Shown here piece after piece: positions 1-12,347 of a stretch of 64,000 nucleotides of DNA. The notes beneath the pieces were generated by a model. It was not told the origin of the DNA, searched no databases, and saw nothing but the letters and a program-made list of their open reading frames with translations. Source of the stretch: Tubulanus polymorphus (Eukaryota > Animalia > Nemertea); NCBI RefSeq assembly GCF_964204645.1, contig NC_134027.1:23460560-23524559 (forward strand). Reading direction: 5' to 3'. Every line of letters begins with the position of its first letter. The stretch's first letter is position 1. The position numbers were made by a program, and so were the translations under genes.

Positions 1-959
1 CTACACCACAAAGGACACTAAATGTCTGTTATAACTTATACAACTATGTATGTGTTGTATAGTATAGGCCTATTTAGCCCAAGCCCCCAGGCAAATAATG
101 TCAATGACAATGACATGATAAATGATGACGCTTATAAGTTAGGCAACTATGCCCCCTGAATTACGACACTGGGGAATTAATTTTCTTCATCGATTGCAAA
201 TAGTTTCATAAATAGTTTTATTTCAGTAATTAGTGCGTCAATTTTGTCATCCAGTGAACAGAACACCTCCCGTCGTGTTGAAACAAATTTCGGATTTCGC
301 AATTTATGGATACGAAAATGATTTCTGCAATAAAACCGGAACGTAATGTTCGATGAAATAATGGTTTCGAGCTAATTTCGCCACTTACTCGAATATCTAA
401 GCGTTGAAATGTCACTTGAAGCGTTTTCTGTCAAAAACTGGGAAGCGTCCCAAGATACTACGCGCACGCGCGTTGATAATTTCCGTTATTGCGCAATCTC
501 AATACAATACAAAACAATTTATTGTCCATAACATAAATAAATACATGTAAATTGTTCGATTTTATTATCGTTTTCCATTAACTAACATACTAAATCTAGA
601 TTCATCAGTCGATTTATTACCAGAAATATCAAGAAAGTATAATTCAATTCAACTCAAAAATTTATTCAGTAAATATCATATAAATGATCAGCGGCTGAAC
701 AAAATAAAATTACAACAAATGTGTTAAAAAAGTTAAAAATACGCAAATAAGATAACCATGCTGTGAAAAACAAGTGCTTTATTCGTTATCTCATATGTTG
801 CTTTTATGCTGGTCTTGCCTTTCAAAATTTTTCTTTTATAGTTTAAATCTTAAATTTGTTATGAACGTTCTAAACGTTCGTATTCTGTGTCTTAGCAGGG
901 AGGTGGGAGACCTCCCTGGTCTTAGTTAGGCATTTTCCTCAATTTCGCCAATAAGTTCG

Positions 960-1116
960 GTTTGAATTGAAATTCCGGAAACTACCGATCGGGCTTCGGC
1001 AATCTCCGTCGTGTTGACGCTTCACTTCCTCTTCCTGTTTTAATTATTAGGTCCAGCTGGATTGAAAGCCGGTTTTGGATCAGAATCCTCGTTCATCTCG
1101 GTTATCAAACGCAAAA
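960..1116 (+). promoter_or_regulatory. Probable SSR1 core promoter/5'UTR with ETS-like TTCCGG/CTTCC motifs
   Basis: TTCCGGAA at ~973 and CACTTCCTCTTCCTG at ~1023 directly upstream of the ATG in context CAAAAATGG; TSS not determined. Confidence 0.4.
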
Positions 1117-4100
1117 ATGGCAAGATTTTTCGGCAGATTATTGTTGGTGCTGTTACTGGTGTTCCCGTCCACGGTGCTGTTTACTGCTAACGGTAAAACC
1201 TCGAAATAATCGTAAATGAAATTCGGTGTTTAAATTCGTTACCTCTATACCATACGTGGCACCCGGAAATAGGTGTTAAAACGTCTGAAAATCTGAAATT
1301 ATCACTTTATATACTTTTTTACGGTTGGATATATTAGTCCCGACCATTGTTGATAATTGATTTGAAGTCGCCTCTGTTTTTTAAAGTGAAAGCAAGTTTC
1401 CAAGTTTAAATGATTAGAAAGTTCCTTAAAAATTAATTTTGGTTTGCTCCGCTCTAATACTTAATAGGCCTAGAGCCTGTAGACTCCATCAACATCATCG
1501 AAATTAGGGTTAAGGTTCTATATAAGATAAAAATCTGTTCCCAGGACCACCAAATGAGATAAACCGTGCCGGAAGGGTCTAAAATTGAGGTGATGCGGTT
1601 ATCCCCATCCCTACCTACCCAAAAATGACTTGATTTTTAGGGTCCTTGTAATATAATCTTTTAGTGAATACTGTTAAAAACAGCCGGTAGCTTCTTCTAA
1701 GTTATACACGCAAAAGAAAGAATTGATTGATTTTATCTCCGATGTTCGTTTGGTTTTAGATTCGCCCTCGTTTATGGTGACGGCTCAGGACGCGTCGGAA
1801 GATTCCGTCGACGGAGAAGATAACGAGGACACGGTCGTGGAAACGGACGACCCGGCTGCGGCAGCCGGCGCCGATGCCGGAACGGTAACGGCGACTCAAG
1901 ACGAAGAGGAATCCGACGATAAACCGTTGAAACCGTCGCCCGACGCCGATACGAAACTGATCTTCACCAAACCGGCGATTACCGGCAAGATAGGTGAGAA
2001 AGCTACTTACGTGTAGATGAATTAGTTACGGTGTTACGTCGTAATACTGAATTTCAAGGGATCAGAAAAAATGTTTGTTTTATGCCTAGCCCATATAAAT
2101 AAAACAATCTTTATTAACCCTTTCAGTGCATTTACACCGCAGTGCAGTGTATAAATCAGTGATAGATTTTGCTAGTACACCGCACTGCGGTGCACTGATG
2201 TAATTAGTAATTAGTGATTATCTCTCTTGAAAAATGGCAGCACTTGTCAAACATAGTGAAATACAAGTAACTAACAATATACCGCGCCAGGGTGTAGACG
2301 CACTATAGTGGTATTCCTGTTATTCAACACTCTAGGGTGGAATTTTTAAAAATTTTCAAATAATCTCCAGCACTATAGGGTCAGGGATGATAATTTTCCG
2401 CCGATCGGCGGATTTCCGCCTTTTAAATCAATTTTTATCATTTCTCAGATCAATGCATATCCGTTGAAAAAATGGGGGGGGGGTGGGGGGGTTAGGATGA
2501 TGACTGTGGTTTTCCAGCATTGTAAGGATAGATTGGCATGACCATAAAAGCGTTTCCCGATCTATTTTTAAATGCGATCATTTAGCGGTATTTGTATCCT
2601 AACAAAGTTTTCTCTGTCGTTTGGCCGACGCATGTCTGGATATATGTATATGTATCTACATTATTGATTTTTCATCAAGTAGTGGTGTTTTTAATACGTA
2701 CATGCTTATATTTTAAACACGTGTGTGTGGTGTGACAATGCGATATAGAATCATGTGGAAAATTTTAGTTTTTTTAAATGGAAATCTAGCTTGTTGTAAT
2801 ATCAGTACTGATATTAGTTCGTAATATCAGTACTGATATTAGTTCATTAATAAAGGATGCTGGAAAATAAAGTCTAATTCAATTATCTATTGCGTGGGCG
2901 AGTGATCGTCGCTTTCAAGAAGATTGATCAATGTGGGATTCGAACCTACTAGTTACATTATAGTTGTCTCTGCATCAATTATGTCCCTGCCGTCTTGGAA
3001 CTAGCAGTGTGTTGTGTAAAACATGGACGATGTTGTTTGATTTTTTGGCTTTGCTGAGAGAAATTTCAATCGGAAAACTGCTGAAAAACGATCTGAGACG
3101 ATGTGAAAATCAAAAATTTTCTGGGGGAGGGTAATTACTTCGCGCCTACGGCGCTCGTTTCCGCCTTTTCAACATTGGTCTGTTATCATCCCTGTAGGGT
3201 ATTAATCAGTCAGCACTGAAAGGGTTAATTCCGTAAGTACAAAGCTTTGTGGAATGGGACAAGTTAATAAAGAAGCAACACGACAATACAATGCAATTTA
3301 CAAAATGCGATATAACATAACATAACAACAGTGTGTTATCTGATGTTATCTTGTGTGTTGAACACACAAAAAAGAGACTGGTACATCTAAGAGACATTTA
3401 CATGTACAAATTGCAATTAGCTGACGATCATGTTAGGCGAATTGGGTAACAGTAATGCTACCGTGGCAAGCGAGGAAAAATTTGTGTCTAGTAAGGAACC
3501 ACCCGGTTCATCATGGCTGTTCAGTCTTTAATTTATTCTCTATCCTAATGGGGTACGAGCTGCAACTGAGACAAGGATTCTGCTTGTGGCAAGCTATTCT
3601 CTTCTTCAATTCAATTAAAACCTATACAGATTATGAAAGATTGATAATGACTTGCAGCTGGTAGGCCATCAGGATGGAAAACTTTCGGCATTGGGGGTTA
3701 TTAATCAATGATATATCTCGAGTAAATTTGTAATTTTCAAAAAATTCTTTCTAGAATTCCCGGCCGGCGTTATCGTACGAGTTTTGGTCGGTTTCACGAA
3801 CAACGGACAAAAAGATTTCATCATCGACAACATGGAGGCGTCATTCCGTTACCCGCAAGATTTCAGTTTTTACATCCAAAACGTGAGTCACAGTGCCATA
3901 TAACATCAGGAATTAACATAACTTGTGATGGGGTAGGATATGTACTAGAAGTAAAGAAAGTGAATGCACAGTCATGTCCTTAATGTTTTTTGGCTGTTTC
4001 ACCTGTAAAGGGTGGCAACAATTTGTGTCGCATTGTATAGGATTCGATTTAGAATTAATGTAGAAAATTGAGAGAATGACATCCAATTCATTGCTAGGAA

Positions 4101-7100
4101 AATCGGGCTACAGTTACATCTTTTCTTGGGGAGATATAATTGTGAGATCCGCTACAGTCAAACACGCTGAAGTTGTGTTTAAGTGGTCACTATTTTCGGC
4201 TCCTGATTAGCATATTTTCCCACTGAATTTACTAAGAGTTTAATTCTACACTTTACTAAGTGTTTAACCCTTTCAGTGCATCTACACCGCAATGCGTTGT
4301 ATTAATCGGTGATGGACATTGCTAGTATACCGCAACACTGTGTAACGTAATTAGTAATTAGTTTAATTTCTAATGAAAGATGGCAGCACCTGTCAAACAT
4401 AGTGAAATATTAGTAACTAATGATACACCGCTCTGCAGTGTAGACACATTATAGCGGTATACCCATTATCTAACACACTGGGGCGAAATTTCTAGAAAAT
4501 TTTAAATTATCTCCAGCACTTAGGGTGTTACTTAGTCGGCACTGAAAGGGTTAAGTGATCATTTAGATAAGTCGTGAACATAATAAGCGTTGACAACTAC
4601 ACAAGAGGTTGATTGTAGGCGTTTTTCTGTAACGGTTTTGACTAATTAGTCTTTATAGTATGGCTCTTAATTTTCGGTTTCTTTCCCCCATCGATAACCA
4701 AACGAGGGTCAGGAATCGTTTTCGAATGAAAATTAATTATCTATGATGTTTCAGTTCACGACGGCGCGATTCGACCAGACCGTGTCGCCGAAACGCGAAG
4801 CTACGTTCTCGTACGCATTCATTCCCAGTGAACAGTTGACCGCGCGGCCGTTCGGATTGTCGATCAATCTCAACTATAAAGACGTCGTAAGTATTCTCGA
4901 TAACCGCAGTAATGAATTAAAATAATACCAAGCGATGAAAATCTCCCGACCATAGACGGATTTCTGACCTTTTCTAACATTTTCTTTATTCCTGAGAACA
5001 GTGTAAATCACCTCAATTGCTTTAATCACCTAAATCGCGGGCGTCACATCGGAGCGCTCCGTAGTTTGGAGTGCTCATTAAGACGGTTTTCGGCAGTTGT
5101 TAGCACAACTGTGGAGTCTGAGAAACCAAAATGGCGTCTCATTCAAAAAGCGGCTCTAATTCAGGCCCAAACTATTAACTTTTTGATCAAAAGGAAGTAG
5201 GTTTTTTTTTTTGGCTAAAAGTTAATGATTTTTGTTCCCCAAAAGAATTCTTTTTTTTTTTGAAAATATTTTCTGACTTTTTCAATATGGGCCGTTTTCA
5301 TCCTTGTAATACTTGCAGTCACCCAGCGGGTTTAGTTGTGTTACTGCAGTACATGTCAAAATGTAAGGCCACTGATAAAAGAAATAGTGAAAAAAAAATT
5401 TGGCAGAATATAATGAATGATTATTCTTGTATTCTATATAGGATGGCAATTTGTATCAAGACGCTTTATTCAACGATACCATTTCAATTATCGAACTGGA
5501 CGAAGGATTAGATGGCGAAACGTAAGTGAGACGTTTCATTATTCGACATTGGTGAACAATGGGTTTTGAAAAGTTAATTCCTCGGTTCAGTTTGACGAAG
5601 AAAAGTTAACTCCGATTTTTGGTCGAAATTGCTATCGGTAGCTTCATATTTTCAATGTCGAGGACAACAATTCAAACTTAAAATCTGTCAACTTAACTCG
5701 ATTTATTTGTATTCCTATAAGGATTAGCTGTGAACATATGTGTATTAAACTTTCTGCAAGTAGTGATCAAGGTCTAATGAGACCAGAGTACCATAACGGA
5801 TACTGCTTACTACTATTACCCTGCTCGCTCAGTTCTCTCTAATTAGTGTCAGTCTGCCTATAAATACTGTTGTGTTTGAAATGACTATACTCATTCACCC
5901 GTTGAAGCTACTAAACACTAGGAGTGAAACCTCGCGCGTCAAATGAGTACCCAAAACCTACTCATCTCGTTGTACTTATGCTACACCCGGTTAACATGCT
6001 CTTCTGCGAAACCGTTTTAAGTTTTGAATTTTTCATGCCACTGCAGCCATTGGTCTAATAAGAAAAAAGCAAATTGCACGATTACTGTGATTGCTCTATA
6101 TATGTTCGTCTTTTTCAGGTTCTTCTTGTACGTCTTCCTGGCTGCTGTAGGCGTTCTTTTACTGGTCGGAGCTCAACAAGTATTGGCTACATTCAGCGTA
6201 AGTTGACTGCTACTAACCGTAAAAATCTGTTTTCGGAATCATTAATCGCGAAATGATAATTCATGGTCCGTGATTTTCGATGGGCCGTTTAATCTCGGAG
6301 GTCGAATTGTGGCTTGAACGCTTTGGAAAATTATTAAGACGAATCTGAAAAATCTTGCCACGTGAAAATTTGAGAAGAGTGGCAGTTGAAATGTTTTCAG
6401 TCGCTGCGCATAGCTGTGTTCAAATTGAAGATATCTTTGATATCGATCCGTTCGGATTGTGATCGGTAACTGCTTATGTTATCTTATCATGAACAAAATG
6501 TGAAATGTCCGGAAAGCCAATTGTTAGGATGTGAAAATCCTACGAAGTTCGTCAATCTTACCTCTGCCTATTGTTCTCTGTGAATAGTTTCGTACTTGTG
6601 ATCATTCTTGGTGTGTATAACGTTTCCCTTTATGATTTCGACAGTTGCGTAAAGAGATTAAACTATGGCTTAACCGAGAGGTATAAGATTCATTCGCTCC
6701 TAATCCGCTCAGTAGCTATTAGCGCCGGTTTTGGCGTCAGTCACTTGAAGGGCAAAAAGAAGTTGTTTTAACAAAGCTTAAATACCACAGTGAATGTCAA
6801 CCGTACACTACGATACATGGTCCCAGTTTGGAAATATTTACGTATTTGAAAGATTTTCCTAATATCAGGGAAATATTTTGGGAAATTAATTCATTTAAAT
6901 TTCACGTATTGTATTTGTCGGGGGAATTTTCTTCAGCTATTCCCCTTGAAAATCACCTTCATCAACCAGTCACCACTAAAATGTTGACAGTAGCATGATG
7001 ATATCTGTTCATTTCCGTTTGGAAAAACCTGGGAATTTTTAATTCATCTAACTGTGGGAACCATGATAATGAACCCTACTTTGAAATTCCAGGACCCTGT

Positions 7101-8974
7101 TCAATTCTACGGCCACCTATGTTAAGCTAAAACGACACGAGAGTAATATCCGATGTTTTGGCCCTCCTGCAACTGTGGAACTGCATCCACTGGTATTTTA
7201 CGTACATCTCACTACTACATCCTCCCCCGGCAGGGATTTGAACCTGATGGCATCGAGATTGCCACGGCACGAAACCCTGCCATAATCGACCGGGTGCGCA
7301 GTACATGCGCAGTTCAGATGATGTGATTTTTAGCCAATCAGAAATCCCGTTTTATTTTAGCCCGGGTTTTCCCATTTATAGTTCTTCCTTGAAATTTGCC
7401 CCAACGATTATACAACAAGCAATCTGATTGGTGCCGCCATTTTTCGTTCGGAAAGCTGCGCATGTACCTGCGCACCCGGTCTACTGATGCAGGGGTTCGT
7501 GTCGTGGCTGAGTGTAGCGATGCCATCAGGTTCGAGTCCCTGCAGAGGGAGGATGCACTACAAGTGTGCTGCCTTTTTACTGTCGTCGGACTGTCGCCAT
7601 CGCCAGACTATGGCCGGGGGGCTCCCCTCAATGAAAGTCTGTGTCTGAAGGAATTCCTGAAATTTGAAATGAAAATGTCTTCGTTCTAGACAGGACTTGA
7701 TAATCAGTCTGTGTTGGTTGATTGTCTTATGGCGCGACGATGGTATTTAAGCTGCGGTCTTTAAAAGCAAGCATTCTTCAATTACCCACCTGAACCGTCT
7801 TTTCATCATCATCATCATCATCATCCAGTCATCTTTTTTAAATCGTTCCCCAAAATTCGATATGTTTTACATTTAGAACAGTAGCATTTCTTTTCCGTTT
7901 TATTTTCTCGTTTAATCAGAACCGTTTTATTTTCATTAATTCTGTCAATTTAATCATTGATATAAGACTACGTAGATCACTGGCTTATGGGTTGTTCTTT
8001 CTTTTTTTCCAGAAAAAACGTTTGTCGCGACCTAAACGTAAAGTGGAGATGGGAACGCAGAATGATTCCGGTATTGATTACAGCTGGTTACCGAAAGAAA
8101 CTCTCAGCGGAATGAGTAAGTTGAAATTTAATCACGGCACCACAGAGTGTGTAGGGGGGTTCGCTCTCAGAAAATTTTGAAATTTTGCTGCCTCTAGATG
8201 CAATCTTTGCATATGTGCGGACATCAAATTTGATTGTCCACGAATCCCAAAAAGTAGGATCCTAGGTTATTTTGAACTTTAATATCCACGAGTCCCACAA
8301 GCGCTAGCGAAGGTAGGCTAGACCTGCCCCCGGTTCCTCTGATGAGCATCAATCCAGAGTCCAGTGCTATACGGCAGAACCTTGTTATAACAAACTCCAG
8401 GGACCAGAAACTCAATACATCGTAACCGATAGTTCATTATTTATATCCGATATATAATTATTGAAATAGTCCTATTTGGGACGGAATTCTATTTGTGTAA
8501 TTCAGAGTGATGAATCGTTCCACTGTAGTTCATGATTGAGATTTAGCTAACTGGATTCATTTGTACAGCGGAACCTCGTTACAACGAACTTCATGGGGCC
8601 AGAAAATCTGTGCATGTTGTAACCGATAGTTCACAGTTATATCCCAGAAAATCTGTGCATGTTGTAACCGATAGTTCACAGTTATATCCAGTGTAAAAAT
8701 CATTGAATTATTCCTATTTTCGACTATTTATAATTTAGGTTTTTAATAAAAACCGATAAATCGTTATATCCGAGGTGTTGTTAAAATGAGGTTCCACTGT
8801 ATTCGAATGACTTTATGCCCCAGTAACTACACCATGGAAAGCGCGTAGATTACGCATAAATCATACCGGTATTTGTTTATTTCGTTTACAGATAAATCGC
8901 CAAAGCGTTCCCCGAAACAGTCTCCTCATCAGCGACGAACGAAGCGACGCACGGCTGGCGGCGGTGATGAATAA
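1117..8974 (+). CDS. SSR1: Translocon-associated protein subunit alpha (TRAP-alpha / signal sequence receptor 1), 8 coding exons, ~304 aa
   Basis: Exons 1117-1192, 1760-1993, 3755-3882, 4755-4886, 5442-5521, 6119-6197, 8013-8115, 8892-8974, all GT-AG, 915 nt in frame. Signal peptide [18 protein letters not shown], acidic N-terminus, [17 protein letters not shown]...[30 protein letters not shown]...[30 protein letters not shown] segment, KVEMGT...[11 protein letters not shown], basic SP-rich tail. Confidence 0.97.
2118..3224. mobile_element. piggyBac-type MITE (TTAA TSD, TIR CCCTTTCAGTGC) carrying a nested insertion
   Basis: TTAA|CCCTTTCAGTGC ... GCACTGAAAGGG|TTAA; body matches uninterrupted copies at 4268-4550 and 37524-37811. 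Confidence 0.85.
2382..3194. mobile_element. Non-autonomous TIR element (CAGGGATGATAA termini, 6-bp TSD TAGGGT) nested in the piggyBac MITE
   Basis: tagggt|CAGGGATGATAA ... TTATCATCCCTG|tagggt; the empty site is visible in the sister MITE copies. Confidence 0.8.
4268..4550. mobile_element. piggyBac-type MITE copy
   Basis: TTAA|CCCTTTCAGTGC...GCACTGAAAGGG|TTAA, ~283 bp. Confidence 0.85.
4929..5306. mobile_element. Non-autonomous TIR element (CAAG(C)GATGAAAA termini, 6-bp TSD TAATAC)
   Basis: taatac|CAAGCGATGAAAA ... TTTTCATCCTTG|taatac. Confidence 0.7.
7219..7555. repeat. Palindromic repeat with tRNA-like A/B-box arms
   Basis: Left arm ~7219-7313 is the reverse complement of right arm ~7456-7555, which reads TGGCTGAGTG...GGTTCGAGTCCC. 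Related sequence occurs at ~12030-12085 and 43085-43290. Confidence 0.6.
8566..8799. mobile_element. Tc1/mariner-type MITE (TA TSD, TIR CAG(C/T)GGAACCTC)
   Basis: TA|CAGCGGAACCTCGTTACAAC ... GAGGTTCCACTG|TA; related copy at 28785-28908. Confidence 0.7.
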
Positions 8975-11600
8975 TATTAGGAGGGGCATGCTGCGTGTGA
9001 CGTCTGTCTGTCTGTGAGCGTGCGCGAACGAGACTAAACCGTTTTATAGTATGAACTATGAATGATTGGGATATGAACAGAGAGAGAGAGATAAGAGAGA
9101 TGAGTCGGATCGATAGGAACTTCAACGGCTATCTGCGCCCAGCTTCTCGCCGAGTCGATTTCGTTCTACCTGGTGATCGCAATTCTGGAAAATACAGGGA
9201 ACTGATTTCTCTCAGGGAAAACATGGAGGATTCGATGAAACTCTGGTTAACGCAGGGAAACGGCGTTAATGTGGCTCGTGTGTTTTACATTCGCTATGCC
9301 CGTCATCAGAGAACTTCTAAATCTTCGAGTTTGGTAATTCGACGAAAGTGGACGGATTGTGGTCACCCTGTTCTATCGAGTTAAGTAACGTCTGTGGAAC
9401 TGGTTCGCGAATCCCGATACTGCGTTCGCAGCCGTCAACGCGCTATGTTTTGTGCGCTGAAGAACCTTTGAGAGAATTTAGTTCCGCGGTCGTGGACTCA
9501 CATAGAAATCAACTCGTCAGAATGAGTCGAAACGAATTCATTTTCGATCGGACTTTAAAATTGCGGAACTGATTCCGATCTTTCTTTCGTTTGAATATTA
9601 TCGATAAGCTGTGTGTCATTATAAGGTGTTGGGATCGTAAGATATAAAGGGGGAAAAAAGATAAATTTTCATCAACATTTTCATCAATATATCCCGCATG
9701 TGAGTCTATGTATTTGTATAAAGGTATTATTTATTTTATCGCGGTGCTGGGTGTAAAACACTTAATACAGTAAACATCGCCTCATTCGGGCATTTTTGAT
9801 GAAATCGAGCGAAAAGAAATTAATTTTTCTGGCTTGCTAATTCATTTTCCTATCCGAGACTCAGAATTTGCATGCCTCGTGCGCTGATTTTGCCAGTCCC
9901 GGTTTGTGCGAGTAAGACGTTAGTTTACTGTAGTTGAATGAATATTGCATATATTCTGCTCTAGGGGAGCGGTGTAGGCTGCAAAATTTAAAGTTTAGCT
10001 TAGTTTTATTAATACTTGGACTAATTTGGGCTCCGTTCTATACCGGTAGTTGCGATCGAAACTGGATGCCAAGTCGGATTATTCCCGCAATCATGTAGCG
10101 AACAGTTAAAAAACCGGCAAACAGTCTTACGAACTGATGATATTATTATCATGATAAGGCCTTTCTTCGATTTCGAAAGGGAGGAAACTTTAAACAGGGG
10201 TCGTTGAAGTTTTTGTTGGTTGGATTTTTTTTTTTTTTTAATACACAAGAAAAAACCATTTATTATCATGCGTCATCGTCGTGTGCTCGAGTGCCATTTC
10301 ATCCTTATTGCGCGATCTGTGTTACGCGGTTCCACAGTTGTGAGCGGAGGTTTAATCGGAAATGAACCGATTTGAGCTCGGTAGGGTTCGAACTAAAAAG
10401 CGCAACCGCGTCGAGGAAAAAGTCCTTAGTGGTTCTTTTCGTCCTGGCCTTACCGCTGGAAACCTTGTTATCGACTACGAGGTTTAATTAAATTTTTCAA
10501 ACGTTCGAACCTTCAATCCAGCTCGGCGGTCGCGAACGGAATTCGACTACGGCAGTTACGGAGAATTAAGTCTAGCTTACACCTGTGGAACTGGGCCGTG
10601 CTGTCAGTCCATTGTATTCTTATCTTAGGTCGACGTGTATGTATCTAAACGTTTGTTTATGTTTCTCTTGGTCGCACTACGTTCAACGTCGGGACATTTC
10701 TGATAAGATCGAGAACTTGATGCCCCGCACGAAACTTGAAATATTCGATACCCTGAACGCGTTCGCCTAGATAAATGATCCTTGACGAATAGATATATTT
10801 TTTCTTTTTAAATGTAGTGCAATATATTTATTTGTATATTTATTGTACAGTCCGTTCTGCGTTAGTGTGAACTCTGGCGCGTACGTCAAAACCATACACA
10901 GTCGGGGTCCCGGTTTCGTGGAGAAAAAAAAGTTTACGCTCGAATTTTTTCGCCCAAAACAAAGTCACGCAGAATTGAATTAGTATGGAATATAGTCGAA
11001 TTCGATAAGGTTATTCATAGGCGCCTAGACCCTCGAATTCGGTCATCATACCCTCGTCAAATACCCCTCAAATTTCATATTGATGGTACTGTAGGAACCC
11101 TGTCAAGTTGAATGCGCTGATTAATTTATACTCTCCTCAATGATTCTTAGAATCTTCTATTTTCGTATTGAAATTAGGCATATAATACTTAGACATATCG
11201 AAGCATGTTTTTGACTATGATAGACTCCTAACTATCTGAATTGTGAACTGAAACCATTTTCTGGCTATTAATTTCTCCGAAGTCCTTATGCGAATTGTTA
11301 TATTTGACACACTTTCGGAGTCGAGCATTTTCACATAAAATTGTAATTAGGTCGAATTGTCCCGATTTCATTCAATATGAGTTTGTGTGTGTGTGTCATG
11401 GATTGTTATTATAGTTATGAAGTCCCTCGGATACAGTTTTTAATGATTCGAACATTCCATGTTTGTTGTCTTCTCATGTCAATAGGTGTGAATGGGTTAA
11501 TGTTTGAATGGTGTAAGATTTAAATGCCGCTGCCACCACCACCACCACCAACTTGTGTAAAAACGAAAAGAAATAAATGAAAAAAATTTAAGAGAGTTCT
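8975..11600 (+). other. Putative long SSR1 3'UTR ending near AATAAA (~11572)
   Basis: Non-coding, largely repeat-free sequence after the stop, with AATAAA at ~11572. The end point is inferred. Confidence 0.45.
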
Positions 11601-12347
11601 ATTAAAAAATGGTTATTTTCGTCAATTTCTGGAAATAATGGACAAAACTTCTGTCCGGTCTTTGGATGCAGTAAAATGATCTTTGAAATATTAAGTGAAC
11701 CCCGATATACCGCCAAGGTTTTCTCAATAACGTACATCTCTATTCAAATACATGTACATAGTAAAACACCCGATATACCGCCAAAATCGTTCTACACCGA
11801 TGTGGGCGGTGGGGGCTGACTGTATTGGAGCTGGATGGCGACGACGAGGTGTCTTTGTAAAACGAGGGAATAAGAAGCTTTACAGGGGCGGATCCGAGCC
11901 GTATTCCGCAATGTACTCAGTAAAGACGTGACAAACATGCATGTATTTTTAGAAGTACGCATGTACCTGACAGGTCCAGAATGCCTCGGATACAAGTGAG
12001 AAAACGAAACATTTTCAAAAATTTTCTTTGGGAAGGATTCGAACCTGATGGCATCTAGATTGCCACGGTACGAAACCCTGCCACACTTGACTAGTATTTT
12101 GGCGGCTTGGAAACGTTTTGGTTTGCTGCGTGATGGTACTATTGAATTTAGTGAACGGCCGTGATACACCAAAGCATATGGGGAAATTTAGTATCAGTGG
12201 ATGTCGAACATCGTAACATGTACATGATGTGTATGTAATTAATTAAGTAAGAATAAAGTTTGGATTGCATTGGTGTATCCCCAACCAAACAATTGGCGAT
12301 TCCTGATTGAATAATAACGATGACCCTCCAGGTCTTCCATAGTCCTG

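Noticed and set aside
5860-6000. Degenerate hammerhead/Penelope-terminus-like TTGAAGC...GAAAC in SSR1 intron 5
   Set aside because: The core deviates from CUGANGA and the stems are weak.
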